Source: Sphagnum compactum (lineage: Eukaryota). Taken from it: 64,000 nucleotides of DNA. Below are positions 13,228-25,987 of this stretch, one piece after another (positions within the stretch are counted from its first letter, which is position 1; each line of letters begins with the position of its first letter). The position numbers and the translations under genes were made by a program. The stretch lies in NCBI GenBank assembly GCA_965153455.1, contig OZ234493.1:5580001-5644000 (forward strand), in the 5' to 3' direction. The notes beneath the pieces are model-generated. The model did no database searches. It saw nothing but the letters and a program-made list of their open reading frames with translations, and had not been told where the DNA came from.

Positions 13228-13321
13228 ATCCAAATTTCGAGCCAGATAAAACATTGAAAAAGAGGGCAAATCATATTAGAAACAAAAAGAAGAAGATGGT
13301 TCTAGGTTTTGCCAATATAAA

Positions 13322-13639
13322 CAAGGGGTGTGTCACACTGTGGCCTTGCCATTTACATTAAAAAGTATCTTAAGGCAAAAGAAGAAATATGGAAAATCAA
13401 ATATTTCACCCTCCAAAAACATAATCTTCAAAAAATCCTCTAAAAGAAACCAAAATCCTTCAAGATATTATAACTCTATAACTAATCTCAAGTTTCAACA
13501 CAAGCCAAAATATCATCTTTCAAAAATCCTCATATAGAAATAGACCTATTACCTAGGCGCCAAAATCCCTTAAGCTACTATACTCTATAATGAATCTAAA
13601 CACAATATCCTTGCCTCGGTAGGCAAGACAAATAAAAGG
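13322..13639 (-). mobile_element. Non-autonomous HLE2-like element, copy 2
   Basis: Reverse complement of 4877-5199 over its full length (AAACAAGGGGTGTGTCACACTGTGGCCTTGCC...CCTTGCCTCGGTAGGCAAG). Confidence 0.75.
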
Positions 13640-14639
13640 AAAATCTATAGGTAACACACAAAAGGAGAAGGAAAAAAAACTAGCCGCTCATCACATAATG
13701 GCTCTACCTCTTCAAACTTCAAACCAGCAGGAACAGTTGAAAAACTAGCAAATGATCCATAAATTTCTCAAAAAATGATCTCACAGTAACACCTTGTGAA
13801 CCTTCCTCAAATTTTGGGACCGAAATAAAAAACTAGATCATATTCCCTTCAGTAAGTACCTTAGTTAGCCCTTCAGATTTGACACTTTTTTTTGCCGAAT
13901 ATTTAATTATATTATTAAAACTTGACAAAGTCAAAGGTTTTTAAATATATATTTGGTAAAGGTATTATTATTTCACAGTCATTTGACAGCCAAAGTATCT
14001 TATTTTGAAGTAAAATATTAAAACACATTTTCAAGATTTTGACAATAAACCTTTTTTGTTTTTTTAATCACTGAATTTTTTCCTTATAATTAGTTTACTG
14101 CCGAATCTGTCAGGCTAGTACGGTATCGTCTCCTCCTCATAGTACAGCCAACACAACAAACACATCAAAATAGGGTAAATGAAAATTATAATACCCCCAG
14201 TACCTTGGCAGCTTGTGTCTGTTGAATAATTATTTATTTTTTAAAAATTCATTTTTGATATTTTTGAATATTTTTGAAGATTCAATACTTTTTCCTCACA
14301 ATGTTTTGTTATTTGAAATTTTCTTTTGGAGAATTTTAATTTTTTAAAAATAATAATAAATAGTTAGTTTGGAAGTGGGCATGGTGGGGAGGAATGTTTT
14401 TCTTTTTTCCTGGCGAATTGGCAGCTTGACGAATTTGTTTTTCAGAAAATGAAAAAAGAAAACACGAAACTTTTGTGATTTTCATGGATTTGTTTCGCCA
14501 GTTTTGAAATAAAATAATTAAATTAGCCACAACTAGACCATGGCACTTCCTAGGTCGCCACTTATAACAGCACTTTTGTAAAAATGCCACAGCCCACGTC
14601 GGACGGACGCCAGATAGGTAGGAAGGCAAAGGTACGTTG

Positions 14640-14910
14640 AAGGGGCGGTACACGCGTCAACGCCCGAGAGGGTAGGATAACGTATAATACACATACCGAG
14701 TGGGCGTAGCGCATATACGTATAAATACGTGTATAAGGAGAGGAGTGTCAATCGCGCATTCTTCAGCAGCGAACACATACCCGTTCTTCCTTCCGAACTC
14801 TCGCAGAGTTTCTATTTGCGCTGCCGCCCTTCTTCGACAGCTGCCGCACTGTGGACATCCCGCGTAAGCTTCTTTTCCACCTTCTCTCGTTCGTCGACTA
14901 TAAATACAGG
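14640..14910 (+). promoter_or_regulatory. Promoter of the DREB gene: TATA box with CGCG-box and ABRE-like sites
   Basis: CTATAAATA at ~14899, ACGCGT at ~14652, CCGCGT at ~14860 and ACGTGT at ~14727 lie in a CpG-rich island about 500 bp upstream of the ATG. Confidence 0.5.
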
Positions 14911-15396
14911 CAACGACTCAGACTTGTGGCCTCATTTGCGGTTTCCTGCTTTCGTGTGCCATATTCTTTTCTCTCATCATCGTTGTTTGTAGTTGTCGAC
15001 GTCGATTTCCATACAGATACATTTCTGGAAGCTTCCAGAAGTTGCGTGCTAGAAGGGCTTAGCTAGCCAGCCAGCCAGCCAGCCATTGAACGAGCGAGTG
15101 CTTTATCTCTTTTTTTATCTTTTATCTTTTCTTTACATGTTTTTGCAGAGGAATTCGATTCGTGGATTTTGCTTGTGATTGAAGTAATCTTATTTTTGAG
15201 AGATCTTTCTTGTATAGAGTTGGGTTTTTCTCAGCGAGAATTGAATTTCGTGAGGTTTTAGGCTTTTCAAGTGTAGTCAAAGAGGAGAAGTGGGGGTGGT
15301 GAAGCGAAGCTTTGAACGCTTTCACGTGCTCGCCGGGTACCAGGGTGATAGTTTTCGAGTTTTGTGAGTCGCTCGGGGAGAGGAAAAGCTCAGTAG

Positions 15397-16317
15397 ATGG
15401 TCGAGAAGGAAAGGACGCAAGCAGCAGCAGCGAGTAGGCGGAGGGCGAAACTACTGGGGCCTGTGAAGAAGGAGCTGGAAGGAGTTAACAAGCATGCTGG
15501 CAATATGATCGCTAGAGCAGCCGCGAGTCCCAAATCGTCTTCGTCTTCGCCCTACAGGGGAGTGCGCATGAGGCAGTGGGGGAAATGGGTATCGGAAATC
15601 AGAGAGCCTAATAAGAGGTCCAAGATTTGGCTCGGCTCCTTTCCCACGGCAGAGATGGCGGCACGTGCTTACGATGCTGCTGTCGTTTGCTTGAGAGGTC
15701 CATCGGCGCCAATGAATTTCCCCAACTCTCCCTCCCTCGCGCTCCCCAAGTGCGATTCTCCCAAAGATATCCAAGCTGCGGCTGCCGCTGCAGCGGCGGA
15801 GCCGTGCACTCCATTGTCGATGGCCAAACCCGTTGCTGTCTCACTTGGCGCGCAGCTCAATCGCATTGAATACGGGTCTGCGCCAATTAGGGTTTCAGAA
15901 GCCGAGTCTCAAGGATCCATAGGTCCAACGTCTCGGGCCGGCGAGGAGATCTCTATGTTGGGTAAAGCTGCTGCAACAGCTCCGGTGAAACTTGAAAATA
16001 TCGAATCATATTGTACTGGAGAATCAGGACCGTTTGTTCAGCAAGAGTTAGCGACTTCGGTGAAGCTTGACGATATCGGATACACTGCGGAGTCAGCGCC
16101 ACCTACCCACCTGCAGCAAGAGGAGCAAAACAGCGAAGTGGATTTAAGCATCTGGGATTCTGAAATGATCAGGGAACTAGAAGACATGCTTTTTGTAGAT
16201 CTTCCTCCTCTCCCTGATTTTGAAGAATCTCAGGTCTTCAATCCTCAACTCTCAGCCGATGATTCTACTGATCCTCCTGCATTCTGGTCGGAACCAAATT
16301 ACGCCTCTTTGTTATGA
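15397..16317 (+). CDS. AP2/ERF transcription factor, DREB subfamily (A-4/A-5 type), intronless
   Basis: Single AP2 domain [41 protein letters not shown] with V14/E19, a downstream [13 protein letters not shown] motif and an acidic C-terminus. Confidence 0.95.
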   Translation: MVEKERTQAAAASRRRAKLLGPVKKELEGVNKHAGNMIARAAASPKSSSSSPYRGVRMRQWGKWVSEIREPNKRSKIWLGSFPTAEMAARAYDAAVVCLRGPSAPMNFPNSPSLALPKCDSPKDIQAAAAAAAAEPCTPLSMAKPVAVSLGAQLNRIEYGSAPIRVSEAESQGSIGPTSRAGEEISMLGKAAATAPVKLENIESYCTGESGPFVQQELATSVKLDDIGYTAESAPPTHLQQEEQNSEVDLSIWDSEMIRELEDMLFVDLPPLPDFEESQVFNPQLSADDSTDPPAFWSEPNYASLL

Positions 16318-18516
16318 TCTGGCATTGGGGACATGTCCAATTCATGTTTAGGAAAGCAGATTTTTCGATACCTGCTTTCCAAGATTGCTAGCTGGAAGGT
16401 TATTGAGTGGCCGCTTGAAAGACTTGTACTATTGAAACTTCGCGGTTGAGAGTTCTGTGCAAGAAGCTGAGGCTGGAGAAGGCCTGTGTCAGTGCATATG
16501 CCCACAAGAGGCTGCAGAAGCAAGAAATTTGGAAACCTCTGAGAAGTAGAGTGTACACAATCATCTCAATTTTTGTTACCTACCAATTTTTTCAACCCTG
16601 TCTGTATACATACAGACAAGGGTTGTAGTTTTAAGTGCAGAAAATATAGACACAAATATACAAGGTCTGTGGAATAGGCTTTTGGTTTGGGGTGAAAAAA
16701 AAGCCCTTTCTGGTCAATAAGATTGTTCAAATTCGTCCCTTGAATTGTTTTTAAGAGCTGCCTTAGTGAACACGTACCTAAATGTTGAATGGCTTTTGCA
16801 TGTCTTTTGCATGTGGCTGCCACATGCAAAAGACATGCAAATTGCAATGAACTTTCAACAAAAGTTTGGAGCTTTTAGGAGCTCTTTTAACACATGCTTC
16901 TCTGAATTTACTGAGGGTTGAACAAACCCTAACATTTGTGTATACAATTTCAACTTTCAACCTTTGCAACAACCTACTCAGCATACTACCAGACAAAGTT
17001 CTGGCAAATTACTTGTGCTGTGTGTTTTTTTTGTTTCAATTGAGACTGAAAATTGATTTAGTATTTTTGAGGTGCTCTAAAACAAGTATCCAAAGTTTTC
17101 CTCTGAATAAAATACTCAAAAATTGATTTCCATACATGGTATTTGGTAGAGATTATGGCCATTACCCAGCACAGTTTGAAGCCAACATCATGGCAATTTT
17201 TTTTCCTTTGTACTGCACCCTAAGAAAGGAAGAACATCCTCTATACTATACAAACATAGTAAAAAAATTGCACATCCCATGCATGTCTATTTATTGTGGA
17301 CAAATGTTCACTTTGAAATATTTGGACATTGTGTGAATCTGTATGATCTTTTTCCTTTCTATAAATTTCCATTTGCACAATGAATATTCCTGCTTATGAC
17401 TTTGCTCACAGAATACATGTCTAGCATAAGGTGAAAACATTTGGGAAAGAATATAGAGTTTTTGCAGTGTGTGTAGATCATATTCTCTTACTCCCTTGCT
17501 TGAAATTGTCATCTGGAATTGCTCAACTGAAATTGAAAACCTAAATTTATGTGTTTTTGTCAACTACTATATATTTTATTTTATTTTTATGTTGGAAATT
17601 CTTGCCTTGTTTTGAGTGAGATGTGGCTTCATGAAGCCCCAAACGGACCTTTCACTTTGAATGTTTTCTTTTGCTATGAGTATTTAACCTTACAGGAAAC
17701 AAAATTGAATCACCAGTATGGTTTCTTGGAGGCAACTTGCATGTCTTCCTTCACAAAGGCCACCTAAAAATGGTAGGTTTCAAGAAAATTTTCAATGTCT
17801 AAAGTGACCAAGTGACAACAATCTTTGCAATTCCATATGATCTAATGGTCAAATGGTATGATGTCATATGCACCCAAAGCATCAAAGAAGAGGCAAACTT
17901 GTGGTAACTCATGGACCAATTATTATAAGTGGGCACTATAGTGGGTCCAATAAGTCAAGCTATATGTTTCTTCCTATATTGCAAACCCAAGTACTCCAAT
18001 CACCTAAAACAATGTGGATATAAGAGGAGACACCAGTCACACTTAGTTAAATATCTTCCTTTCTTTTTAAGACATTTCCTTTCTCCTGGGGTTGTTGAGA
18101 GGAGACTTGGCATCTAGCCTACTTATCAGGATTTGGAAATTGGAACACAATTTTAACTGACTCTGGGAATCCCTTTGTGGAAGACAGTTGTAAACCTAGC
18201 TTTACTCTCTAGGCTGCTAGTGGAACCAGTTTGTGGGTGATAGCTGGAGACCTAGCTGGGTGTAGTCATTAAGCTCTTTTTAACTAATCAAATTTCATTT
18301 TGCATTCCTAGGCTTCTTTTTTAACCAAATTCATTTTTGTATTCAAGTTCTTTAACCATATTATAGAGTTACATCATCTCTCATGATTTTGTCTGAAGTC
18401 TGAACCTGAACCTGCAATAAAAGGGAGAGCCATTACCAAAGGGGTGTGAACCTGCACCTACACTCATACCATGGTAAAAACTAAAAACCCTTAATTTCCC
18501 CAACATTATATATGCA

Positions 18517-18787
18517 CATAGTTGTTATTGTAGGCAGTTTAAAAAGTACTGCCTGATTGCCCTTTGCCCCATTTTTTTCACCTTGTCATGTTCTGCACCC
18601 ATAACCTCCCATGTTATGAGTACCAAGGGTCTCACAACACACCAAGAAGTATGTTACACACCCCTAGCACCTGTCACATGACCAAAACATGTCTGGGAAT
18701 GCCGAGGTGAAAAAAAATGGGGCAAAGGGCAGACTAAGGGGAAAAAATTGCAGCAGTACTCTTGTACTGACTGCAGTAACAACTATG
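18517..18787. mobile_element. MITE with long TIRs (CATAGTTGTTA...)
   Basis: The left end CATAGTTGTTATTGTAGGCAGT..AGTACTGC..TGCCCTTTGCCCCATTTTTTTCACCT matches the reverse complement of the right end, CATAGTTGTTACTGCAGTCAGT..AGTACTGC..TGCCCTTTGCCCCATTTTTTTTCACCT. Confidence 0.75.
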
Positions 18788-19140
18788 GGCAAGTACAATG
18801 TTATGGGGTTTGGTGGTGTACACATTTTGGTGGTGCCCAATACACAGTTTGGGTCCTGTTATCCATGGCAAGCCCAAAACATGGACAATAGGGGTTCAAA
18901 GTGTGTCTGGGCATCATTGATCTTTTTTGAGAAAAAGATGGATTGAGCCTGGGCTTACAAGGGAAAAAAAAGGCAATAATGTGCACATATGATGTTGGGG
19001 TAATTCTTTTGGGTTGTTTCTGATCTTTATTCTAACCCACCTCTTATGACAAAATCCAGGTCTCCAAGTCTCAATTTAACATTTTCCTGGGCCAAATGCA
19101 GCTTGATAGAAGCCTCACTCAAAGAGGCAAAAAGAGAATT

Positions 19141-19280
19141 CAGGGATATTTTTTCAATTTTTGTGAGATTGAAAATTTGATGAATTCTGCCCCTATAAAA
19201 CAGCAAATTTGGTTGAAATTGCACTGAATTTGTCCAAAAAATTCACCAGATTGCCAAACTTCACCCCCAAAAAAATGCTG
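19141..19280. mobile_element. Short CAG...CTG hAT-like MITE
   Basis: Reads CAGGGATATTTTTT ... AAAAAAATGCTG, with an interior similar to 13079-13227. Confidence 0.4.
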
Positions 19281-20661
19281 GTACCTCCCAAATTCATCCT
19301 GGCTAACAGCCATTACACATTGAACCATTGTTGCACTTTCCTGTTCATTCCCTCATGACCATACCGCACTAGTATTCACACTATTGCAAGCTCTGCAATG
19401 TGGAGACTCATTGTTCAGCCCTTTGGGAATATTGTGCTGTGTTGTTGAGCTCCTAAGCCACTTGTAACATCGACACTTCACATCCTTCAGGTCTGGGGGA
19501 AATTCCAGGTTTGAAACTGGAGGACTTTGCAACATTTTGAACACTCATAACTGGGGTTACAATTGTACTACAACTACAACTTTTAGTTTGATACTCACAA
19601 CACAAATTCTGATTAATAGGGCATTGTCATCTGACAGTATGCATTCAAGATCCAATGATCTGATAGCTTGTCAAGGTCTTGGCACTTGTTGCCTATTCTC
19701 ATGAAGGGAAAAGCTTCCAATCTGAATGATAGGCAGTACCCATAACTCCCTTATCAATTTTGTTTTGGATCTCAGATTGACTTAATGTAAATTTCCAAGC
19801 AGGAACTTTGTAAGATCTGAACTAGCCCAAGAGTCCCAGTTCCTGAATTGCATAAAATATAAATCTTAAAGATCCTCCCAACTCCTTGCATAATTTGGAG
19901 TATGAAGCCCTCCACAAGTGGTGCCAGACTTTGAACAATTGTTCCAACCTATGCATTTTAATACCATGGCATGTATTACACTACAACAGAGGAGACGCAA
20001 TATGACACACCATATGTTTCAGTTTGTAGTACAAAAGAAGTCAACATGGATGCTCAAAAGAAGCACACACACAAAAAGACCAGAGCCCAGATTTTGATCA
20101 GACTGATAAGAAATTTATCTGCACATGGACATGTGAAAGATTTACTCTATTGTTTCTCCAAAAAGTCATTGTAAGAGATGATCAGCTACACAAAAAATAG
20201 ATTCTCATAGTATGCACAATGCCTGACATCTCACCCAGATTCAAAACAGCCTAAAACAGGAACTGATATGCTCATAATACAGAAGAAAATGTGGTTTTCC
20301 TGTAGATCAGCACGTTGCCATTATCCTTCTTTTTCCATTGAGAGTTGGGAATATTCAAGGGGTGTGAACATATCGCATCTTGTGCCTTTGTCTACCCTGA
20401 CAACACACAATAGCTTTGTGCTTTTCAGGACTGCATCCTGAGGACAAACCAGCAATTTTTATCACCAACACACCAGCCATGTCCAGTACTGCAATCTCAT
20501 GGGAAGCACCAACAGATATGTCGTTTCTTCAGACCTGCCATAAATGTGGCTCACCTAACCCTAGTGTTAAATTACTGAAGCCTCATGGTACGCGACACCA
20601 GAAGCCACATAAGTCTACTGAACTGGGGAACTGGAAAGGCCCTGACATTTCTAGAGGGTCT

Positions 20662-22251
20662 TCATCGTATATGGGTTCGACCCAATGACCAAACCCCTGT
20701 GTCTCGCACTGTGCTCTGTGACTTGGGAGATGGAAACACATTCCAAAATCGCAAGGTCTCATCACCTGCTCCTGTGACTATTGTTTGGCCATCTGGAGAA
20801 ATTGCAAGATACAAAACCCTCATGGTATGGCCAGTCAAAGTTGCTAGCTTTGACATTGCCGGGTAACGCCAAACAATAATCTGATTCTGAGAGTACCCAT
20901 GTGTGGAGACTAGTTCATTCACATTCTTAGACCACACAAGATTGCATACCTGGCTTCCTGTATCATAGCAATTCAAAGGAGTGTTGGTTGCCGTGTTCCA
21001 AAATCTGATACATCGATCAGCTGTCCCACCTCCAGAGGCTAGCAACCCATGCTGATGCGGTGACCAAGCTATGGCCTTGACAGCTGCATTGTGTTCGCTG
21101 AACTTCACAACAGGTTGTGTAGACTGCTGATTCCACACAAAAAGCTGGTTATCATTGCCCCCTGAAGCAAGCTCCCTGTCATCATATGACCACTTTAGGC
21201 CGCAAACCTCTGACTTATGACCCACCAGCTTGCTGACAAAATCCTCGTGGACACGCACATCTCGCTGCAAAATGTTCCGATCACGACTGCCAGAAGAGAG
21301 GATGTGAGAGCTCCATGCCAAGGTTCCCACACGAGTTCGATGGCCACTCATTGTCCGCACCTTCCTACACCGCGTTGCATCCCACAGCTGAACATCACCC
21401 AGGTTGGTCCCAACAGCAAGGTAGGTTCCCCGTTGAGTCCAACCTACAGAGCAGACACTGTCAGCAAGACCCAAATCACAAAGCTTTGTGACCTTGCTGG
21501 TGCAAGCACTCCAGAGGTAGACACAAGTCCCTAACCCTACAGCCAACACATTGTGTGATGACCAATCAACAAGATTAAGGTAAAAATCATCCTGCAGGGC
21601 TGGTGCATCCAGTACTTTGTACGGAGACCTCGCAATCTTTCGAGGTGCTTTCCTGGGGCTCATTGTAGTGCTAGTGAGAGTGGCATCCAATACTCCAGGG
21701 GAAAGAGAGTATGGACTTTCTGGCCTTGAACTTGACCCCCGCACCTGGTGATCACTCTTGAACCTAAAAAGATTTCTATTGGTGGGGCTGATAGGGGAGC
21801 GGATGGGATCTCGGGCAGCCAATCCCATTGCCTTATCTGGGGTTGCTGGTGATGATGCTTCTGTTCCAAAAAGCTCTGATCGGAGTAAGAGTGAATATGC
21901 TGCTGCACTGTCTTCCCTGTTATCATTTGCATGTGCAATGTTAGCACCTGATGGGGATCTGTCCAAGAGGGCAAAACCTGTCAAATTAGAGCTTGAACGG
22001 CTCGGGATAAACCGGTCACTGTATGAGGTCCTTACAGGGGATGATGTGCTGCTTGTTCCAATGTTGCTTAGGTTCTGCTTCATTGGAGATCCAGGTCCTC
22101 TCCATAACCTTCTAGCTACAGATTCTAGCTGCAAACTGTCTCTTGACATTCCTGCTGGCAAATTGAGTGTTCTGGCTGTCGTGGTTGCTAGTCCCCCTCG
22201 GCCTTGTACCCCATTCTCCCTGTCCACACTACTCTCCTCCATGAGATCCAT
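20662..22251 (-). CDS. CCS52: FIZZY-RELATED / CCS52 / Cdh1 WD40 activator of APC/C, intronless (~529 aa from first ATG)
   Basis: C-box DRFIPSR, Cdh1-specific motif YSLLLRSELFG, KVLDAPALQDDFYLN, WD40 repeats, RVL cyclin-binding motif and a C-terminal IR tail. The ORF-track start (22308) is TTG; the first ATG is at 22251. Confidence 0.96.
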   Translation of the reverse strand: MDLMEESSVDRENGVQGRGGLATTTARTLNLPAGMSRDSLQLESVARRLWRGPGSPMKQNLSNIGTSSTSSPVRTSYSDRFIPSRSSSNLTGFALLDRSPSGANIAHANDNREDSAAAYSLLLRSELFGTEASSPATPDKAMGLAARDPIRSPISPTNRNLFRFKSDHQVRGSSSRPESPYSLSPGVLDATLTSTTMSPRKAPRKIARSPYKVLDAPALQDDFYLNLVDWSSHNVLAVGLGTCVYLWSACTSKVTKLCDLGLADSVCSVGWTQRGTYLAVGTNLGDVQLWDATRCRKVRTMSGHRTRVGTLAWSSHILSSGSRDRNILQRDVRVHEDFVSKLVGHKSEVCGLKWSYDDRELASGGNDNQLFVWNQQSTQPVVKFSEHNAAVKAIAWSPHQHGLLASGGGTADRCIRFWNTATNTPLNCYDTGSQVCNLVWSKNVNELVSTHGYSQNQIIVWRYPAMSKLATLTGHTMRVLYLAISPDGQTIVTGAGDETLRFWNVFPSPKSQSTVRDTGVWSLGRTHIR

Positions 22252-23269
22252 ATGCCCTAAAATCTTGCAATCCAGAAAGGGTGATTTGAAAAATGTGCCT
22301 TTGCTCAAATCATCCTTGAGCCCAACTCTCTGCTTCTTCTTCCATTTTTGAGCTTCAGCTTCAGTGACCCTCTTTGGTTTGGATCATGTTGCCACATCAT
22401 TGGACTATCCAGCAACTCCCAGGCATTGTAGTAAGCTCTGTGAGCCCCCTTAGCTAACATAGATGCATTCAAGTAGATGAATATCTTTCTCATAGAAATC
22501 AATCGTTGGGGTGAGAGGCGATTTTTGGGAAGGCCATAACCTGTGGAGGAGCAGCGGATTCTATCAATCCCAGCCCATACCAACCTGCCCACTCTTCCGC
22601 TTCCCTCTCAAAACTTCCTCACGGGAAGTGCCCTCCTCCACTCTCCCTAATTCTCTTCTTCGACTTCGAGTTTCCCTTTTTAACATGCCCTACTCTTCCT
22701 TTTATTCCCTGGAGGATTCCCGCTCTGGTGAACCCAAAACGCCACCGAACAACAAGGTAACAAGAAGTGAAGACTACGGGAAATGCAAGAATTCTATCAT
22801 AAAAGAAAAAAAAACAAAAAAAAAAAACTGACAAAAAAGAGAGAATTTTTTTAGAACTTCAAAGGCGAAGAAGACAGAGGGACAGAGAGAGAATCCACGG
22901 CTGAACTGTCTTCGTGAAAACACACCACACTCCGCGCCTTGCTTTCTCGACTTTCTCCAGATTGCGGTACTACTCCAAACACAGATAACCGCATGAAAAC
23001 GTACCAACAGCAGCAAGCAATCCCCACGAACAGAAAGCGCCAGGCAAGGAAACCGAAAGGCCTTTCAAGACTTTTTTTCTTCCGGAAATCCAGAAATCCA
23101 AACCGAGAGAACCCAAAGGGAGGAAAAAAAAAAAAAGCAAGATTAAAAAGCACAGCAATGGCAGCAGTTTAGTAGTTTGCGGAAGGCAAAAGAATGATGC
23201 CGGCAACAGCAAGCAAAACTGCTCGCATAGTGTGCGACTGCCGATGCCCGGATTCGGCCATCGCTGTTC

Positions 23270-23595
23270 TGCAACGGCTCCTTGTCAGAAAGCTGGTGGA
23301 GAAGAAGGGAGGAGAGGGGGGGGGGGGGGGAAGAAGACGACCGACAATAACCGGTTACCTTCCTTACCCCTCCAACGGGCTATTGTCGGTCGCCAAGTCA
23401 TAAGTTACCACTCCCTGACAGGACTGTTGAAGTAGTAACTGAGTTTACGGTAACTTGCTGACATAAGTATTAACTGAGGGTAACTTGGTGGTAACTTGGT
23501 AATTTTCCGACATAAAGTAACTGATGGTAACTTGCCAACGTAGTAACTGAGTTTAAGGTAAGTCGCTGACATAGTAACTGAGCTTAGGTTAAGTA
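23270..23595 (-). promoter_or_regulatory. CCS52 upstream region: MSA-like AACGG sites and a tandem array rich in TAACTG MYB cores
   Basis: AACGG at 23273 and TCCAACGG at 23371. TAACTG at 23436, 23471, 23518, 23544 and 23575 lies within ~35-bp degenerate repeats. Confidence 0.45.
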
Positions 23596-24438
23596 ATGTC
23601 GGCTTTTGTCTTTTCCGTAAGTATCATTTCTGTTTTAAGACATGAAAGAAATCCCGTGCATGCTCATTCTGCCCCAGAAAATATATCGGAAATTTTCGAG
23701 GGCACGGGAAAATTTTCAGGACGGGCAGTTTAGGCACTCACAGAATGGCCATGCCCTGCTGCTGGATGTTTTCCATGGCGAATTTTTTGTTTTTTTTCCC
23801 AGATTTCTACAAAGCTGCCCCTGCCCACCTCAATGATTTTCAGAATCGCCTGTAGTCAGGGTGTGCCGATTGATTCTGCGGTCAGGAAGTGAAAATAAGG
23901 GCAGAAAAAAATGTAAATTATAAGAACTAACCACTTCTTCCCTCTTGTCACAAATTGTGTGCCTACTACTACCCCAAGTAATTTTTGTGGGCGTCAAAAT
24001 CTCGAAGAATTTTTGTTACACGGTAGTGTAACCGGAGGGCATGTTATAGTGTGCAATTATTCATCCGGCCCATGAGAAGGCATTCCATTTTCACAATTGG
24101 CCTTACCAAAAATGTTAAGGGCCGCCCTGTGAAGGTTGGATCAATCATTATGCCATGTAAAGCCCACAAGTGAGAACATTACGGAAATTGGGATTGCACT
24201 CAACTCTCATCTAATGCGCCCTTATTTCAGTAATGTCCTCACCCTAAAGGTTTGCCCTACTCATAAGGCACTGTGAGATATTTCTTAGAGTATTTGTAGG
24301 GTACCTTATCTAGGTTAATATCCCCCCTAAAAAAGAGGAGGGATATTGTGCATACTCCTTCAAAATGTGAAGGACTTACACCAAATTATAGGTGAAAATT
24401 TACTTATAAGATTCATTTATACTCTTAAGGAGTAGGTC

Positions 24439-25010
24439 TTAGAACACTCTCCCATGACAAGTAGAGCCCCAAGCTAAGGTCATCCCCAAAATAAGGGGCC
24501 TAGGACGAGGTTCTTAACCTACCTAAATCCTAAATCCAAAAACCTTAAACCCTGAACTTTCCAGGACACCTGATTTTTTACTCTTAAATAATATTTTTTC
24601 AGTTGAAAGGTCGGGTGATCCTACATTGTTTCCACATTTCCACATGATAATTTGATATTCTTGGCAGATGGGCAAACCCAAGCAGACTATTAACTTAGGG
24701 GGCTTGAATCTGGAGTTTTGATTGTGAAAAAAATTTATATTATATCAGTGGAATCTTACACCTACTACTTAAGAATGGGAGGGATCTTAGACCTACTCGT
24801 ATGTGTAATATTTTTCTCACTCTTAAGTAGGGGCAAGAACCCCTCCTCTCATACACCTTGTGACCTACATATTTTTAGGTTCAATGGGTATAGCATAGGG
24901 GTGGGGCACGTTCCCAAAGTAAGGGGCCGGACTGGGCTACTGGCCTTGTCCTAGGCCCCTTAGTTTGGGAATGCAACAGCCCTAGGGACTGCACATATAA
25001 TCAATGTTCT
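24439..25010. mobile_element. MITE-like element with subterminal inverted repeats
   Basis: CATCCCCAAAATAAGGGGCCTAGGACGAGG (~24481) is inverted relative to CCTTGTCCTAGGCCCCTTAGTTTGGGAATG (~24944). The outer ends read TTAGAACACT and AATGTTCTTA. Confidence 0.55.
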
Positions 25011-25534
25011 TACAGAATACTGGGAATTTAAAAGCTCTAGGAACCCACAAACTGACCATCCTACAATAAAAAATTTAAACAACCCCATATACCATCAAGT
25101 GTTTTTTTTTTCCCAACAAATTTTGTCATTTTATAGACAGAAAAATTGGGAAGTTTTTTTTTCCCTAGTGTAAATTTGACAAATTTTCCTATTTTTTGGG
25201 GAAATTCTCGCCAATTTTTTTATACCAGAACTTTTAGGGGAAAAATTCTTCATACAATCCAGTTTTTGCCTCACTAAATCATTTTACTTAATCATTTTAT
25301 GCAAGAAAATTAGTCTGTGTTCCTTTAGTCTGTGTTCCTTGAGAGAGAAAAAAGACACATAAAACAATATACTGGTCAGCTCAATATTAGTAAAGAACAG
25401 AGAAATTATTCCTTCATACTTTTTTTGGGGGGAAATGAACCTTTCTTTTTAAGGCGCCCTTCCGATTGAAAGATTCATTGGATGATTGGGCTTGAAGGAA
25501 AATTTTGTTTTGCCACAAGTTAGAAGGATTGGAC

Positions 25535-25987
25535 CAATGTGGGACGGTTAATTGAATTTTTTAAAATAACCTCAAGTTCCATTTTTCTTAGAAATCAAAG
25601 AACCTCAGGTTGTGATTTATTGAAAATTTGCAGAGTAGAAAGAACCAGCAGTTCCTGCTTTTCCAAACACCCTCAAAGAATCTGCAGTTTTCATGATATA
25701 TATATATAACTAGCAATGAGCACTCAATTCTACACTAGAAAGTTAATTGACCGGTTCTTAAGATTTTTGAGGACCACGGTTCTATATGAGAATGTGTTAT
25801 AAGTTTCTTGAGAACTGACGCCATAAATCAAAATTCGATTGGTTTGATGTGATGAGAATCACAATATATATAATATAAATATAAATCACCATTATATATC
25901 TTAAAAGAATTGTACATATCTTGAAAAACCACCTTGAGAACCTCCAATTATTTTAGTGCCATTTTTTTTAATAACCATCCAACACTG
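25535..25987. mobile_element. hAT-like MITE
   Basis: TIRs are CAATGTGGGACGGTTA on the left and CAGTGTTGGATGGTTA (right end, reverse-complemented). The flanks share only GATT of a putative 8-bp TSD. Confidence 0.6.

Noticed and set aside
21758..22351. 197-aa antisense ORF over CCS52
   Set aside because: It is a shadow of the sense codon structure, has a non-ATG start and contains no recognisable motifs.
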